Shown here in pieces: positions 7,653 through 17,045 of a stretch of DNA of 43,009 nucleotides. The position numbers and the translations under genes are program-made. The notes under the pieces are model-generated. The model was not told the origin of the DNA and made no database searches. It saw nothing but the letters and a program-made list of their open reading frames with translations. Source of the DNA: a virus (taxonomy: Duplodnaviria; Caudoviricetes); IMG/VR virus record IMGVR_UViG_3300048855_000065, positions 1 to 43,009 of that record; one strand, written 5' to 3'. Positions within the stretch are counted from its first letter, which is position 1, and the number at the start of each line of letters is the position of its first letter.

Positions 7653-8290
7653 AGTACACGACCCGATCGCTGACGACCTGGGACGGCCCCCGCACCCCGG
7701 CGGACCGCCGGCGCTCGCGGTGGGCGTTCAAGGCCGGGTGGGACGACACCCTCGATCTGCTCGACCGGGAGCTGCAGCACCTCGGCGCCCGGGAGGTCGT
7801 GCTCGAGGCGGACTTCCGCGAGCAGGATCTGCGCCTCGACGGCATGCCCCGCTCGAACGCCCGTCAGCCCGTCGACCCGGCGGTGCGGATCGCGTTCGAC
7901 TCCAAGCACGGCGCCCTGGTCTACGCCGCGGACACGTGCGCGTTCTGGCAGCACAACGTCCGCTCGATCGCCCTCGGCCTCGAGGCGCTGCGCGCGGTCG
8001 ACCGGTACGGGATCAGCCGCCGCGCGGAGCAGTACCGCGGCTACCGCCAGATCGGCGGCGGCCCGGCGGTCGTGCCCGACGCTCCGCTCGACGCAGCAGC
8101 CGCACAGCGCATCGTCCGGCGCGCTGCCGCTCCGTACCCAGCTGAGTTCGACCAGGTGGGTGCCGACCTGCGGCCGCTCTTCCGGTATGCGAAGCGCAAC
8201 ACCCACCCCGACACCCGGCTGTCCGACGTCGACATCACCTTCGACCAGCTCCAGCGGGCGATCGCGGTGCTCGAGCAGGGGCGACCGTGA
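7649..8290 (+). CDS. Phage protein with C-terminal J-domain-like HPD region
   Basis: NVRSIALGLEALRAVDRYG domain, then FRYAKRNTHPD..FDQLQRA. Confidence 0.75.
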   Translation: MKYTTRSLTTWDGPRTPADRRRSRWAFKAGWDDTLDLLDRELQHLGAREVVLEADFREQDLRLDGMPRSNARQPVDPAVRIAFDSKHGALVYAADTCAFWQHNVRSIALGLEALRAVDRYGISRRAEQYRGYRQIGGGPAVVPDAPLDAAAAQRIVRRAAAPYPAEFDQVGADLRPLFRYAKRNTHPDTRLSDVDITFDQLQRAIAVLEQGRP

Positions 8291-8583
8291 CAGAGCCTCG
8301 CCCCGCCTGCCGGGCCGAGGACCCGGAGCTGTTCTTCCCCCTGCCCAGCGAGGAGGAGCAGATCGCCCAGGCCAAGCAGGTGTGCGCCCGGTGCCCGCTG
8401 ACCCGCACGTGCCTCACCTACGCGGTGACGCACCCGGTGCACGGCGTGTGGGGCGGCACCACCGAAGGCGAGCGGCAGCAGCTGCAGCGCCGGCACGGCC
8501 TGCCCGTCCGCGTGCGCTGGTCCGCCCACGCCGAGACCGCACCGACCGACGACTTCACCACCACCGACGACATGGAGGGCTGA
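8287..8583 (+). CDS. WhiB-family transcription factor
   Basis: C..DPELFFP..AKQVCARCPL..CL..GVWGGTTEGER. Confidence 0.95.
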   Translation: MTEPRPACRAEDPELFFPLPSEEEQIAQAKQVCARCPLTRTCLTYAVTHPVHGVWGGTTEGERQQLQRRHGLPVRVRWSAHAETAPTDDFTTTDDMEG

Positions 8584-8586
8584 ACG

Positions 8587-9489
8587 ATGACGACAGATCA
8601 CGCGCTCGCGGCCGCGCTCGACGACGTGCTCGGCGCGGCGCCGACGCCGAAGCCGGCGCCGCCCCGGGTGGCCCCGGCAGCCGCGCCGATGGCGGTCCCG
8701 CCGGAGGGCGGGCTGTTCGAGGTGCTGCTGAACGAGATCCACCCGGACCCGGACAACCCGCGCGAGGACCTCGGCGACATCGACGACCTCGCGCGCTCGA
8801 TCCGCGAGCAGGGCCTGATCCAGCCGATGATCGTGCGCCGGGCCGATGACGACCGTCTGGTCATCGTCGCCGGCCACCGCCGGTACGCAGCGCTCCGGCG
8901 CCTCGGTCGCACGCGGGGCGAGGTCATCATCCGCAAGGCCATGGCCGCGGACGACGTGCTCGCGAAGATGCTCGTGGAGAACGGGCAGCGCGCGGGCCTC
9001 GACCCGATCGAAGAAGCCCGCGGTCTGCAGCGGCTCAAGACCCTGGGCGGGCTGTCCGACCTCGAGCTCGCGAGGAAGATCGGCCGCTCCCAGCCCTTGG
9101 TCTCGGGACGGCTCGCGCTGCTGGCGCTGCCGGCGGAGGACCAGGAGGCCGTCCGAGCCCGCCAGCTGAAGGTCGGCGCCGCGGTCCGCACCGCACGCCT
9201 CGCCTCGGGCCGCGTGCGCAAGACCGGCATCAGCAAGGCCTGGCACCTCGGGCCGGACCACTCCCTGTCCCGGAACGCCGCCGCGCGCTGCCGGCGTCTC
9301 GCGCACAAGACCGGCCGGTCCGTCGGCGGCATCGCCTGCGGCGAGTGCTGGGAGTCCGTCATCCGCGCCGACGAGCGCCAGCACCTGCACGCGACGTCGG
9401 CCCAGCAGTCCCGCTGCGTCGTGTGCGGCAGCGAGTCCGCCTTCGCCGCCCTGACCACGCCCACCGCGCCGAACGGAGACCCCTCGTGA
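8587..9489 (+). CDS. ParB/Spo0J-like protein 2 with C-terminal Cys clusters
   Basis: [42 protein letters not shown] and CVVC. Confidence 0.9.
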   Translation: MTTDHALAAALDDVLGAAPTPKPAPPRVAPAAAPMAVPPEGGLFEVLLNEIHPDPDNPREDLGDIDDLARSIREQGLIQPMIVRRADDDRLVIVAGHRRYAALRRLGRTRGEVIIRKAMAADDVLAKMLVENGQRAGLDPIEEARGLQRLKTLGGLSDLELARKIGRSQPLVSGRLALLALPAEDQEAVRARQLKVGAAVRTARLASGRVRKTGISKAWHLGPDHSLSRNAAARCRRLAHKTGRSVGGIACGECWESVIRADERQHLHATSAQQSRCVVCGSESAFAALTTPTAPNGDPS

Positions 9490-10208
9490 CCGCACCCCTC
9501 GTCTTCGTCGACACCGAGACCACCGCCCTGCACCACGGGCGCCGGGCCTGGGAGGTCGCCATGATCCGCACCGAGCCCGGCCAGACCGTCGGCCGCGGCC
9601 TGTCGTTCTTCGTCGGCGACGTCGACCTCGCCAACGCCGATCCGAAGTCCCTGCAGATCGGCCGGTTCTACAACCGCCATCCGCTCTACAACGGCACCTA
9701 CGAGGGCGACAACGTGCACTCCTGGGTGCACCCCGCCCCCCTCGAGCGTCCGGGCCCGAAGCTCCTCACCGAGTCCCAAGCCGCCCGCGTCGTCGAGCAG
9801 TGGACCCGCGGAGCGCACCTCGTCGGCGCGGTCCCGTCGTTCGACGCCGAGGTCCTCGACGGCATGCTCCACCGCCACAAGCTCTCGGCGTCCTGGCACT
9901 ACCACCTCATCGACGTCGAGGCGCTCGCGGTCGGGTACCTGCACGGCCGGTTCAACGGCACGACGGACGTGTCCGGGCTGGGCATCACGCCCGCGGAGAC
10001 GGTGACGGACCAGACGTTCGTCGACGAGCCGCGCGAGGTCATCGCGCGCGAGTTCCAGGTCGACCTGCCCTGGAACAGCGAGCAGCTGTCCCGGCTCGTC
10101 GGGGTGGAGCCGGCGCCCGCGTCCGAGCGGCACACCGCGATGGGCGACGCGAGGTGGGCGCAGCGGATCTACACCGCGGTGACGCTCGGCCGGGCGGTGA
10201 CTCCGTGA
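9486..10208 (+). CDS. DEDDh 3'-5' exonuclease (DnaQ-like)
   Basis: VFVDTET, PSFD, HTAMGDA motifs. Confidence 0.88.
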   Translation: MTAPLVFVDTETTALHHGRRAWEVAMIRTEPGQTVGRGLSFFVGDVDLANADPKSLQIGRFYNRHPLYNGTYEGDNVHSWVHPAPLERPGPKLLTESQAARVVEQWTRGAHLVGAVPSFDAEVLDGMLHRHKLSASWHYHLIDVEALAVGYLHGRFNGTTDVSGLGITPAETVTDQTFVDEPREVIAREFQVDLPWNSEQLSRLVGVEPAPASERHTAMGDARWAQRIYTAVTLGRAVTP

Positions 10209-11206
10209 CCTCGTTCGTCGTCGACCTCTCGGACCTGCGCGCCGCGCTGCAGGCCGTCACCCCGCACGCGTCGAAGGACAAGGAGGACCCGCGCATGCGC
10301 CGGGTCCGGCTCATGCCGTTCGGCGTCAACCTCGAGGTGGGCGCATCCGACCGCCAGACGATCGGCCTGGCCCTGGTGTCGTTGTGGGACTCCGACGGCG
10401 AGGGCGACGTCATCGACCTCGACCCCGGCGAGGTCCACCAGATCTTGACGGTCTTCCCCGCCCCTGGCCGCTCGGACGAGCAGGCCACGATCCGGATCGA
10501 GGCGGACGACGCCGAGGTCACGTTCACCGACGTCGGGGGACTGCTCGAGGGCAACAGCCTGACGCTCGCCCGCATGACGCCCGAGGAGACGTACCCGAAC
10601 CTGCGCGGGATGTTCGTCGGCCGGCTCGATGGCGCCGACGTCACGGGCGAGTCCGTCGTTCAGTCCGAGCACCTGAAGCGGTTCGCCGCTGCGCAGCGCG
10701 CCTACGGGTTGCCGCTGGTCATCGACCGCGTCCCCGAGCCCGCGCGCGTCTGGTCGATCCGCTGCGGCGAGTCGTTCGTCGGCCTGGTGACCCTGGTCCG
10801 CGTCGACGAGGAGTCGCAGGCGCGTTCCGACAGCTGGCGTGACGCCTGGAACGAGCGCCTCACGGACGCACCCGACGGTGGCCGCTCCGGAATCGACCTG
10901 CGCCACGCGACCGGCCTGTACGTCCTCACCGACGACGGGATCACCCGCGTGACGTCCGACGGTGACGACGACGACGAGGTCCGGGCTCTGGTTCAGGCCG
11001 CCGAGGTCGTGATCACCACGCAGTTCGGGTCGGTCGCGATGCTGCAGCGCAAGCTCCGCGTCGGCTACGCCCGCGCCGTCGACCTCATGGACACCCTCGA
11101 GGACCGCGGCGTCGTCGGCCCGGCCGATGGCTCCAAGGCTCGCCAGGTCTTGGTCAGGCCTGACGACCTGGACGAGGCGCTCGCCACCGTGCGAGGTGCC
11201 CGATGA
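10205..11206 (+). CDS. Sliding-clamp-like domain fused to an FtsK gamma domain
   Basis: N-terminal [26 protein letters not shown] clamp-like pattern; C-terminal [32 protein letters not shown]. Confidence 0.75.
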   Translation: MTSFVVDLSDLRAALQAVTPHASKDKEDPRMRRVRLMPFGVNLEVGASDRQTIGLALVSLWDSDGEGDVIDLDPGEVHQILTVFPAPGRSDEQATIRIEADDAEVTFTDVGGLLEGNSLTLARMTPEETYPNLRGMFVGRLDGADVTGESVVQSEHLKRFAAAQRAYGLPLVIDRVPEPARVWSIRCGESFVGLVTLVRVDEESQARSDSWRDAWNERLTDAPDGGRSGIDLRHATGLYVLTDDGITRVTSDGDDDDEVRALVQAAEVVITTQFGSVAMLQRKLRVGYARAVDLMDTLEDRGVVGPADGSKARQVLVRPDDLDEALATVRGAR

Positions 11207-12057
11207 CCGCCCCGGTGTGCGTCCGCAAGCCGAAGTCGCTCTGGACGTGCTGCCGGTGCCCGCAGTGCCGGGCCCGGACCGCGCGACTGTGCAAGGCCGG
11301 CCGGTTGGGTGCCATCCCTCAGGCGCCGCGCGACCAGGCGTGGGCCGCCCTGGCCGAGGCGTTGCGTCGCGGCTGGGAGATCCGCGCGATCGCCTCCGCG
11401 ACCGGGCTCCCGCGAGACACGGTCAACACGATCGTCATCGGGTACCGCGCGCACGGCCCCGTCGCCCACCTGAACCGGGCGACCGTCCACGCGCTCGCCG
11501 AGATGGGCGAGCCGACCGAGGGGAAGGTCGGCGCCTACTCCACGGTCCGGCGCCTGCGCGCTCTCGCCCGCGCGGGGTGGCGGCCCCACGACCTGGCCGT
11601 CGCCACTGGCATCCCCCTCATGACGATCAAGCACGTCGCCTCCGGGCAGCGCGCCACCGTCTACGCCCAGACCTGGTCGGCCGTCCGCGACGCCTACCGG
11701 GCGCTCGCGGCCACATCGGGGCCGGCGCCGGCTGCCGCCGTCCGCGCGGCCGCCGAGGGCTGGGAGCCGCCGGCGGCGTGGGACGAGGACACGATCGAGG
11801 ACCCGGCCGAACTCACGCCCGTGCTGGTCGACGAGGTCGCCGTCGAACGCGCCGTGGCCGGTAGGGCTGTGCAGCTCGCGCCCGCCGAGCGCGACCTGGC
11901 GATCCCGCGCATGGCAGCCGCGGGGATGTCGGACTCGGTGATCGCCGGGGTGCTCGGCGTCGTCCCCGAGACGGTCATGCGCAACCGGAAGCGCCTCGGC
12001 GTTCCGGGCGTCCTGGCCCCTCACGTTCGCGCAGCGCGGGAAGCGAGGGCCTCGTGA
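11203..12057 (+). CDS. Multi-HTH DNA-binding protein with N-terminal CRCxxC
   Basis: [29 protein letters not shown] and [16 protein letters not shown]-like segments. Confidence 0.7.
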   Translation: MTAPVCVRKPKSLWTCCRCPQCRARTARLCKAGRLGAIPQAPRDQAWAALAEALRRGWEIRAIASATGLPRDTVNTIVIGYRAHGPVAHLNRATVHALAEMGEPTEGKVGAYSTVRRLRALARAGWRPHDLAVATGIPLMTIKHVASGQRATVYAQTWSAVRDAYRALAATSGPAPAAAVRAAAEGWEPPAAWDEDTIEDPAELTPVLVDEVAVERAVAGRAVQLAPAERDLAIPRMAAAGMSDSVIAGVLGVVPETVMRNRKRLGVPGVLAPHVRAAREARAS

Positions 12058-12218
12058 TCGTCGACGGACCCATCCCGATCGAGTGCGGGAAGTGCCTGCC
12101 CTCGACCGCCACCGACACCCAGGACGGCCGCCGAGCGCACCTCAAGGTCTTCGGGCACGCCCCGGAGTACGTCCCTGCCCAGCGCGAAGGCCAGGCGCCG
12201 GACGGGGGTGCGTCGTGA
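12054..12218 (+). CDS. Small CxxC/His protein (54 aa, not in ORF track)
   Basis: [21 protein letters not shown]; GTGA overlaps at both ends. Confidence 0.6.
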   Translation: MIVDGPIPIECGKCLPSTATDTQDGRRAHLKVFGHAPEYVPAQREGQAPDGGAS

Positions 12219-12556
12219 TCGGGTACGACCTCCCGCCGGCCGAGGCCCTGGCTCGGGCGCTGTTCGGCGTCGAGCACCCGGGCGCCGAGCCCGAGCCGGA
12301 CCGCGCCGCCGAGCTCGGCCTCGACTTCCACGCCTACCTCGGCCTTCGGACCGCGGCCGAGGAGTTCGCCGCCTGGCACGGCCGGCACGACGAGCCCGCG
12401 ATCCGCTTCGCCGAGCAGCAGCTGCTCGTTCTGCTCCGCACCGTCAACGAGGCCATCCCGCTCGCGCTCGAGATCGACGCGCTCCTCGCCCGCCCCCGCC
12501 GCACACGCATGCACGCCGCCTACCGCATCAAGACCCGCAGGAGGAACCGACGATGA
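12215..12556 (+). CDS. Hypothetical protein
   Basis: Coupled start and stop. Confidence 0.6.
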   Translation: MIGYDLPPAEALARALFGVEHPGAEPEPDRAAELGLDFHAYLGLRTAAEEFAAWHGRHDEPAIRFAEQQLLVLLRTVNEAIPLALEIDALLARPRRTRMHAAYRIKTRRRNRR

Positions 12557-12792
12557 CCCTGGCGATCAACGACCCGCGGCGTCCCAACGCGATCGACCCG
12601 GAGACCCGCGCGGAGATGGCCGTGCTCGGCCAGTACCCCGGCGAGCACTGGATCCACACCTACAACGCGCTCGTCGCCACCGCACAGACGGCCCCGGTCG
12701 TGACCTCGACGCTGATGTCCCACCTCTCGCACGCCGAGATCCGGACGCTCCTCGCGTTCCTCGTCGGCCACGACGCGGCGGCCAGCGCGTGA
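12553..12792 (+). CDS. Hypothetical protein
   Basis: GGAGG RBS, ATGA overlap. Confidence 0.6.
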   Translation: MTLAINDPRRPNAIDPETRAEMAVLGQYPGEHWIHTYNALVATAQTAPVVTSTLMSHLSHAEIRTLLAFLVGHDAAASA

Positions 12793-13214
12793 CCACCGAC
12801 TACGCCAACACCGCCTACGCCCGCGACAACCGCGCCAAGAAGGCCCAGGCGCTCGCGGACACCGCGCGCCGGCTCGGCATCCGCCGGACCTCCCTCGAGC
12901 GCGGTGGCGGCGCTCGCGGCCAGGTGTGGCGGGAGGCCGGGCTGGCCCGGTCTCCGTCGCTGGCGACGTGGGCGGTGACGCTCGAGCTGCTCGGGCCTGA
13001 CCCGGTGCCGGGTCCTCCGGCGCTGACCTGCTACGTGCACCCGGACCGTCCCGCGCACCTGTACCTGGGCGGCCCGCTCTGCGACGAGGAGTGCGCCCCG
13101 TGGCGGGTGGCCGGCCGCCCCCGTCCCGCCCCGCCCGCCGAGAGCTCGTTCACCGCCCTCCGTGACCGCCGTGCCGCGGCGATCGCTGCCGACAGGAAGG
13201 ACCAGCACCGATGA
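12789..13214 (+). CDS. Hypothetical protein with Cys/His finger
   Basis: CYVH..HLYLGGPLC..C motif; coupled. Confidence 0.65.
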   Translation: MTTDYANTAYARDNRAKKAQALADTARRLGIRRTSLERGGGARGQVWREAGLARSPSLATWAVTLELLGPDPVPGPPALTCYVHPDRPAHLYLGGPLCDEECAPWRVAGRPRPAPPAESSFTALRDRRAAAIAADRKDQHR

Positions 13215-13891
13215 GCACGCCCCAGCGAAGGAAGACCCTCCGGGCTCGCGCGGCCCGGGCGATGCACCGCCGCGGGTGGACCCGCGGCCAGCACGAGGGC
13301 GGACCGCTGCACCGCCTGCACGACGTGCTGCAGCGCCGGCACCCCTGGTACGACTGGGGACACCCGCTGATGATCCTGACGGGCCGGTACGACTCCGGCT
13401 CGTGGGACGTCCCGCGCGTCCGCGATCTGTGGTTCCGCGCGCGGCCCGGCGGAGGGTTCGAGACGGCCCGCGACTACGCGACCGTCCGTGCGAGCAACAC
13501 GGACGCGAACCCGTGGCGCATCTTCGACTCCCAGGACGACGGGCACACAGTCGAGATCGGGTACTGGCCGACCCCGAGCGAGCGCGGGAACATCCACCGC
13601 ACCGGCCTCGACGGCCGCGCCGAGATGCGTCTGTTCGCCCGGTGGCTCATCTGGGACGGGTGGGTCCGCGCCGAGTGGTTCAGCCTCCGACGCTGGCTCT
13701 ACTTCCGCGCGCTGCACCGCGCCGTCGTCCACCGCATCCCGTTCACCTGCCAGGCCCAGCCCGCGCACGGCCGCCGCGACTCCTCGTACTGCGAGCTCAG
13801 CCGCCGTCACACGGGCAAGCACCGCGTCCGCAACTACACCTGGCGCGACGGCGAGCTGCCCACCTACGACCCGATCCCGGTGACCGACTGA
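13211..13891 (+). CDS. Hypothetical protein
   Basis: 226 aa, Trp/Arg-rich, C-terminal C-x5-H-x-G-x-H. Confidence 0.65.
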   Translation: MSTPQRRKTLRARAARAMHRRGWTRGQHEGGPLHRLHDVLQRRHPWYDWGHPLMILTGRYDSGSWDVPRVRDLWFRARPGGGFETARDYATVRASNTDANPWRIFDSQDDGHTVEIGYWPTPSERGNIHRTGLDGRAEMRLFARWLIWDGWVRAEWFSLRRWLYFRALHRAVVHRIPFTCQAQPAHGRRDSSYCELSRRHTGKHRVRNYTWRDGELPTYDPIPVTD

Positions 13892-14256
13892 TGGGCGCCA
13901 GCGAGAAGCACGACGCCGCCTACCACGGCCTGCAGACCGTGACGGTGACCGTGGCCGTGGACTCTGCCGAGCTGCGCGAGTGGGCTGGCCGGCACGCCGA
14001 CGCCGGGCACCACGGGGTCGCCCACGTGCTCTTCAAGGCGGCCGAGGGGGTTGAGTCCGTCACCGAGCAGCACGACCGCGAGGTGGCCGCGAAGGCCCTC
14101 GACGACGCGGCCCTCACGTGGCAGACCGGTGACTGGGGGGACGCGCCCCGTCGCGCCAACCGCGTCCAGGAGCGGCTCGCCAACGCGCAGCACGTCACGA
14201 ACTGGCTCCGCGCCCGGGCACGCGCTGCCCGGACCGGCACCGGGAGCAGCTCGTGA
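13891..14256 (+). CDS. Hypothetical protein
   Basis: TGATG coupling. Confidence 0.6.
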   Translation: MGASEKHDAAYHGLQTVTVTVAVDSAELREWAGRHADAGHHGVAHVLFKAAEGVESVTEQHDREVAAKALDDAALTWQTGDWGDAPRRANRVQERLANAQHVTNWLRARARAARTGTGSSS

Positions 14257-14351
14257 ACGCCCCGAGCACCGCCGACGCCATCGCCGCCAGCGGCATCCTT
14301 CTCGTCCTCCTCGCGATCGCCCTCATCGGGCTGATCGGAGGTCGCAGTTGA
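14253..14351 (+). CDS. 32-aa single-TM peptide (not in ORF track)
   Basis: MNAPSTADAIAASGILLVLLAIALIGLIGGRS; fills the gap with overlaps on both sides. Confidence 0.6.
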   Translation: MNAPSTADAIAASGILLVLLAIALIGLIGGRS

Positions 14352-14581
14352 CCACCGCCGACCAGCTGCGCCAGGACATCGGACGCATCTCCGCCTCCCG
14401 CCCCGACGGCATGCCGACCTCGACCCTCGCCGCGGCGCTCGCGGCCGAGGGGTGGGAGAAGGCCGGAGCGCTGCTCGACCAGCTCGAGGAGCGCGTCAAC
14501 CGCGACATCGAGACCTTCAACCCAGACTCCCGCGCGGCCGCCCTGGTGGCCGACCTCAACGCACTGCTGGCCGCCCGGTGA
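14348..14581 (+). CDS. Hypothetical protein (TTG start)
   Basis: GGAGG at 14338, TTGA overlap. Confidence 0.55.
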   Translation: MTTADQLRQDIGRISASRPDGMPTSTLAAALAAEGWEKAGALLDQLEERVNRDIETFNPDSRAAALVADLNALLAAR

Positions 14582-14838
14582 CCACCGTCCCCGCCTGCGC
14601 CGCCCGGTGCCCGCTCGTCGCACTGCTGCTGAACGACGCCTCCCGCGCTCGCGGAGTGTCGATCGCGGTCGTGCGCGTCACGCACGGCCTGCCGGCCGTG
14701 ACGCCCGATCTCACCCCCGAGGAGGTGAACCAGATGACCGAGCTGCTGACGCCCCAGCGGCCCCAGCCGCGCGAGCGGTGCGGGTCGTGCAATGGCGTGA
14801 TCAACCCCCACACCGGCGAGTGCCGGTGCTCCGACTGA
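14578..14838 (+). CDS. Small zinc-ribbon protein (true start may be ATG 14734)
   Basis: RCGSCNGVINPHTGECRCSD; strong GGAGGT RBS before 14734. Confidence 0.55.
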   Translation: MTTVPACAARCPLVALLLNDASRARGVSIAVVRVTHGLPAVTPDLTPEEVNQMTELLTPQRPQPRERCGSCNGVINPHTGECRCSD

Positions 14839-14855
14839 CCTGAGAGGAACCCCTG

Positions 14856-16022
14856 GTGCCGTTCTTCCAGGTCGACGACCGCCTCCACGTGAACCGCAAG
14901 GCACGTGAGCTGGCCGCCCAGATGCTCGCCGGCGACCCCCTGGGGCTCGCCGCGCTGGGCCTGTGGACGCTGGCCGGCTCGCAGTCCCAGGACGAGGGAA
15001 CCGACGGGCTGATCTCCGCCCCGAACCTCATCACCGTGGCCTACGACCTGACCGCCGCTCGTGAGCTCGCCCACCGCCTGGTGGCCGCTGGGCTCTGGCA
15101 CGCGGCCGGGCACGACTGCCCGCGGTGCGAGCCTGTCCCTGAGGGTCAGTGGAGGTACCACGACTGGTGGGCGCTGGGCTACGACCCGGCGGCCACCGTC
15201 CGCGAGACCCGGGCGAAGCGCAAGGAGCTGCAGGACCCGGCCACCGTCAACGCGGTGTGGCTCCGGGACTGCATCGACCCGCTGGACCCGATCAAGAAGG
15301 GCCACGCCGAGTGCCGCTACTGCGGACGGCTGGTCAAGCGCAACGACCGCTCGTCGAAGGACGAGGACGCCCGCGCCACCATGGACCACGTCGACCCGTA
15401 CCGGGCCGCCGGCGTGCGGAACCTGGTGATCGCGTGCTCGGGCTGCAACCGCAGCAAGGGCCGCCGCACCCCGGCCGAGGCCGGGATGGCGCTGCGACCC
15501 GCACCGCGGGCGCTGACGGACGAGCAGGAGCGCGCCGCTGGCGTCGTCTCGCAGGGCAGCGCGCCCTCCGCTGAGACGACCCCCGCGCCCGCCGTCCGCG
15601 GCGCGACGCCGGCAGCTGCAGCGCAACGCGACACGAGCACTGCTCGAGCAGTGCCCGAGCACAGCCCCGAAGGTGTCCTCGGGCGCACGCGCGGGCCCGC
15701 GCCCGCACGCGGGTCCGGGTCAGGGTCAGGGACAGGGGAGGGGTTGGGGTCTGGGGAAGGGTCACGCCTAGCCCAAGCCCAGGGCGGGGGCCGTCGCTCG
15801 CGGAACCGACGCCGTGGCCGCGGCCGCACCCCGACCCAGACCGCCACCCCGACGCCCGAGTCCACCGACGCCGGGCCCGCGCCCACCGCCCCGAGCATCG
15901 GCCGCTACGGCTCGCCCTGGTTCGGGCACTCCGGCCCACCCTCCCCGCTCGGGGACGAGAACCACTGCCCCACCCACCGACTGCCCGAGCCGTGCCGCAA
16001 GTGCAGCGAGGAGACCCGATGA
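14856..16022 (+). CDS. Replication initiator-like protein with internal HNH domain
   Basis: MPFFQVDD N-terminus, LVAAGLW..YHDW, CRYCG..DHVDP..NLVIACSGCNRSKG, then low-complexity linker carrying DNA repeats. Confidence 0.75.
   Translation: MPFFQVDDRLHVNRKARELAAQMLAGDPLGLAALGLWTLAGSQSQDEGTDGLISAPNLITVAYDLTAARELAHRLVAAGLWHAAGHDCPRCEPVPEGQWRYHDWWALGYDPAATVRETRAKRKELQDPATVNAVWLRDCIDPLDPIKKGHAECRYCGRLVKRNDRSSKDEDARATMDHVDPYRAAGVRNLVIACSGCNRSKGRRTPAEAGMALRPAPRALTDEQERAAGVVSQGSAPSAETTPAPAVRGATPAAAAQRDTSTARAVPEHSPEGVLGRTRGPAPARGSGSGSGTGEGLGSGEGSRLAQAQGGGRRSRNRRRGRGRTPTQTATPTPESTDAGPAPTAPSIGRYGSPWFGHSGPPSPLGDENHCPTHRLPEPCRKCSEETR
15634..15764 (+). repeat. Candidate origin: three 11-bp iterons and nine GGGNNN hexamers
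   Basis: CGAGCACTGCT/CGAGCAGTGCC/CGAGCACAGCC at 15634-15666; GGGNNN x9 at 15711-15764. Confidence 0.6.
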
Positions 16023-16801
16023 CCCACACCCGCCTCAGCGAGCAGATCGCCGAGGACACCCGCTACCTGATCGACTCGTGGCGTCCGCTCGTCGAGCTCG
16101 GCGTCCCGGGCACGATCCCGCGACGGCCGATGCGGTCGCACCGGCCGTCCGATGAGCAGACCGAGCAGGCGGCTCGCGAGCACGCCGAGGACACCGCCGA
16201 GCGGCGCAAGGCGGGATACGTCCCGGGACCGAGGCGGCTGCCCGCGCCGGCGCCGCTCGACCTCCTGGACCTGCTGGCCCGGTTCGTGTCGGTGTGCGCC
16301 GACGTGGCCGAGACCGTCGCGCAGGTCGCCGGCGTCGAACGCCTTGAGGCTCCGGTCTCCGTGCACCAGGACCCGCGCCCGTACCTGGCGCACGCCCGGA
16401 CCTGGCTGCAGGTGGCCCAGGACGCCGACGACTCGACCGAGCGATGGGTCAGCGACCAACTGCACCGCCTGGCCGACGCGGTCGCGGCGCATCTCGGCGA
16501 GCTCGCTGACGGCCAGGTGCTCGAGGCGCTGTGCCCGTGGTGCCGTGGCCGCAGCGAGAAGCGGCCGACGGGCGGCGACCTCACCCTGACCGTTCTCGCT
16601 CGGGGCCCGCGGCCCGGAGCTGACGCGGCCGTCGTGCGCGACCCGATGATCGTGTGCCGCGGGACGAACTGCGAGCCGCCGGCGGGGGAGTGCGGCACGC
16701 GGGTCGCTGGCCGTCCGGCGTGGCCGGATCGCGAGTGGGACTGGCTCGCTGCCCGGCTGCTCCCGATGATCGAGCGCACGTCCGCGGGATCCCCGGCGTG
16801 A
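16019..16801 (+). CDS. Zn-finger protein, candidate late-gene regulator
   Basis: CPWC..CRGTNC..CG..EWDWLA; last large early gene before the late promoter. Confidence 0.6.
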   Translation: MTHTRLSEQIAEDTRYLIDSWRPLVELGVPGTIPRRPMRSHRPSDEQTEQAAREHAEDTAERRKAGYVPGPRRLPAPAPLDLLDLLARFVSVCADVAETVAQVAGVERLEAPVSVHQDPRPYLAHARTWLQVAQDADDSTERWVSDQLHRLADAVAAHLGELADGQVLEALCPWCRGRSEKRPTGGDLTLTVLARGPRPGADAAVVRDPMIVCRGTNCEPPAGECGTRVAGRPAWPDREWDWLAARLLPMIERTSAGSPA

Positions 16802-16935
16802 GCGGCGTCGAGTCCAGGATCGGGCACGGTCGGACGCCGTGGCACTGCCGCTGTCACAGTCGTGGCCACGTGATCCCCTCGCTCGCTGCCGACTGCGAGG
16901 ACCGCACGGCGCGCGAGGAGGGCGCGTTGACGTAG
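16798..16935 (+). CDS. Small Cys/His hypothetical protein (45 aa)
   Basis: GTGA overlap; WHCRCH..H..C. Confidence 0.45.
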   Translation: MSGVESRIGHGRTPWHCRCHSRGHVIPSLAADCEDRTAREEGALT

Positions 16936-17015
16936 CGGTTGTCCACAGGTACCGTGCTCCCCAGTGGGTACGTCGTACCCAGATGAAGGCCCGGGCCCGT
17001 TGGCTCCGGGCCTTC
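16927..17015 (+). promoter_or_regulatory. Putative late promoter with DnaA box, palindrome and leader hairpin
   Basis: TTGACG N17 TACCGT; TTGTCCACA at 16939-16947; TGGGTACG-T-CGTACCCA at 16965-16981; 10-bp stem 16985-17015. Confidence 0.7.
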
Positions 17016-17045
17016 GCTGTGTCTGGGGTCGGGGTGGTGACGGCG

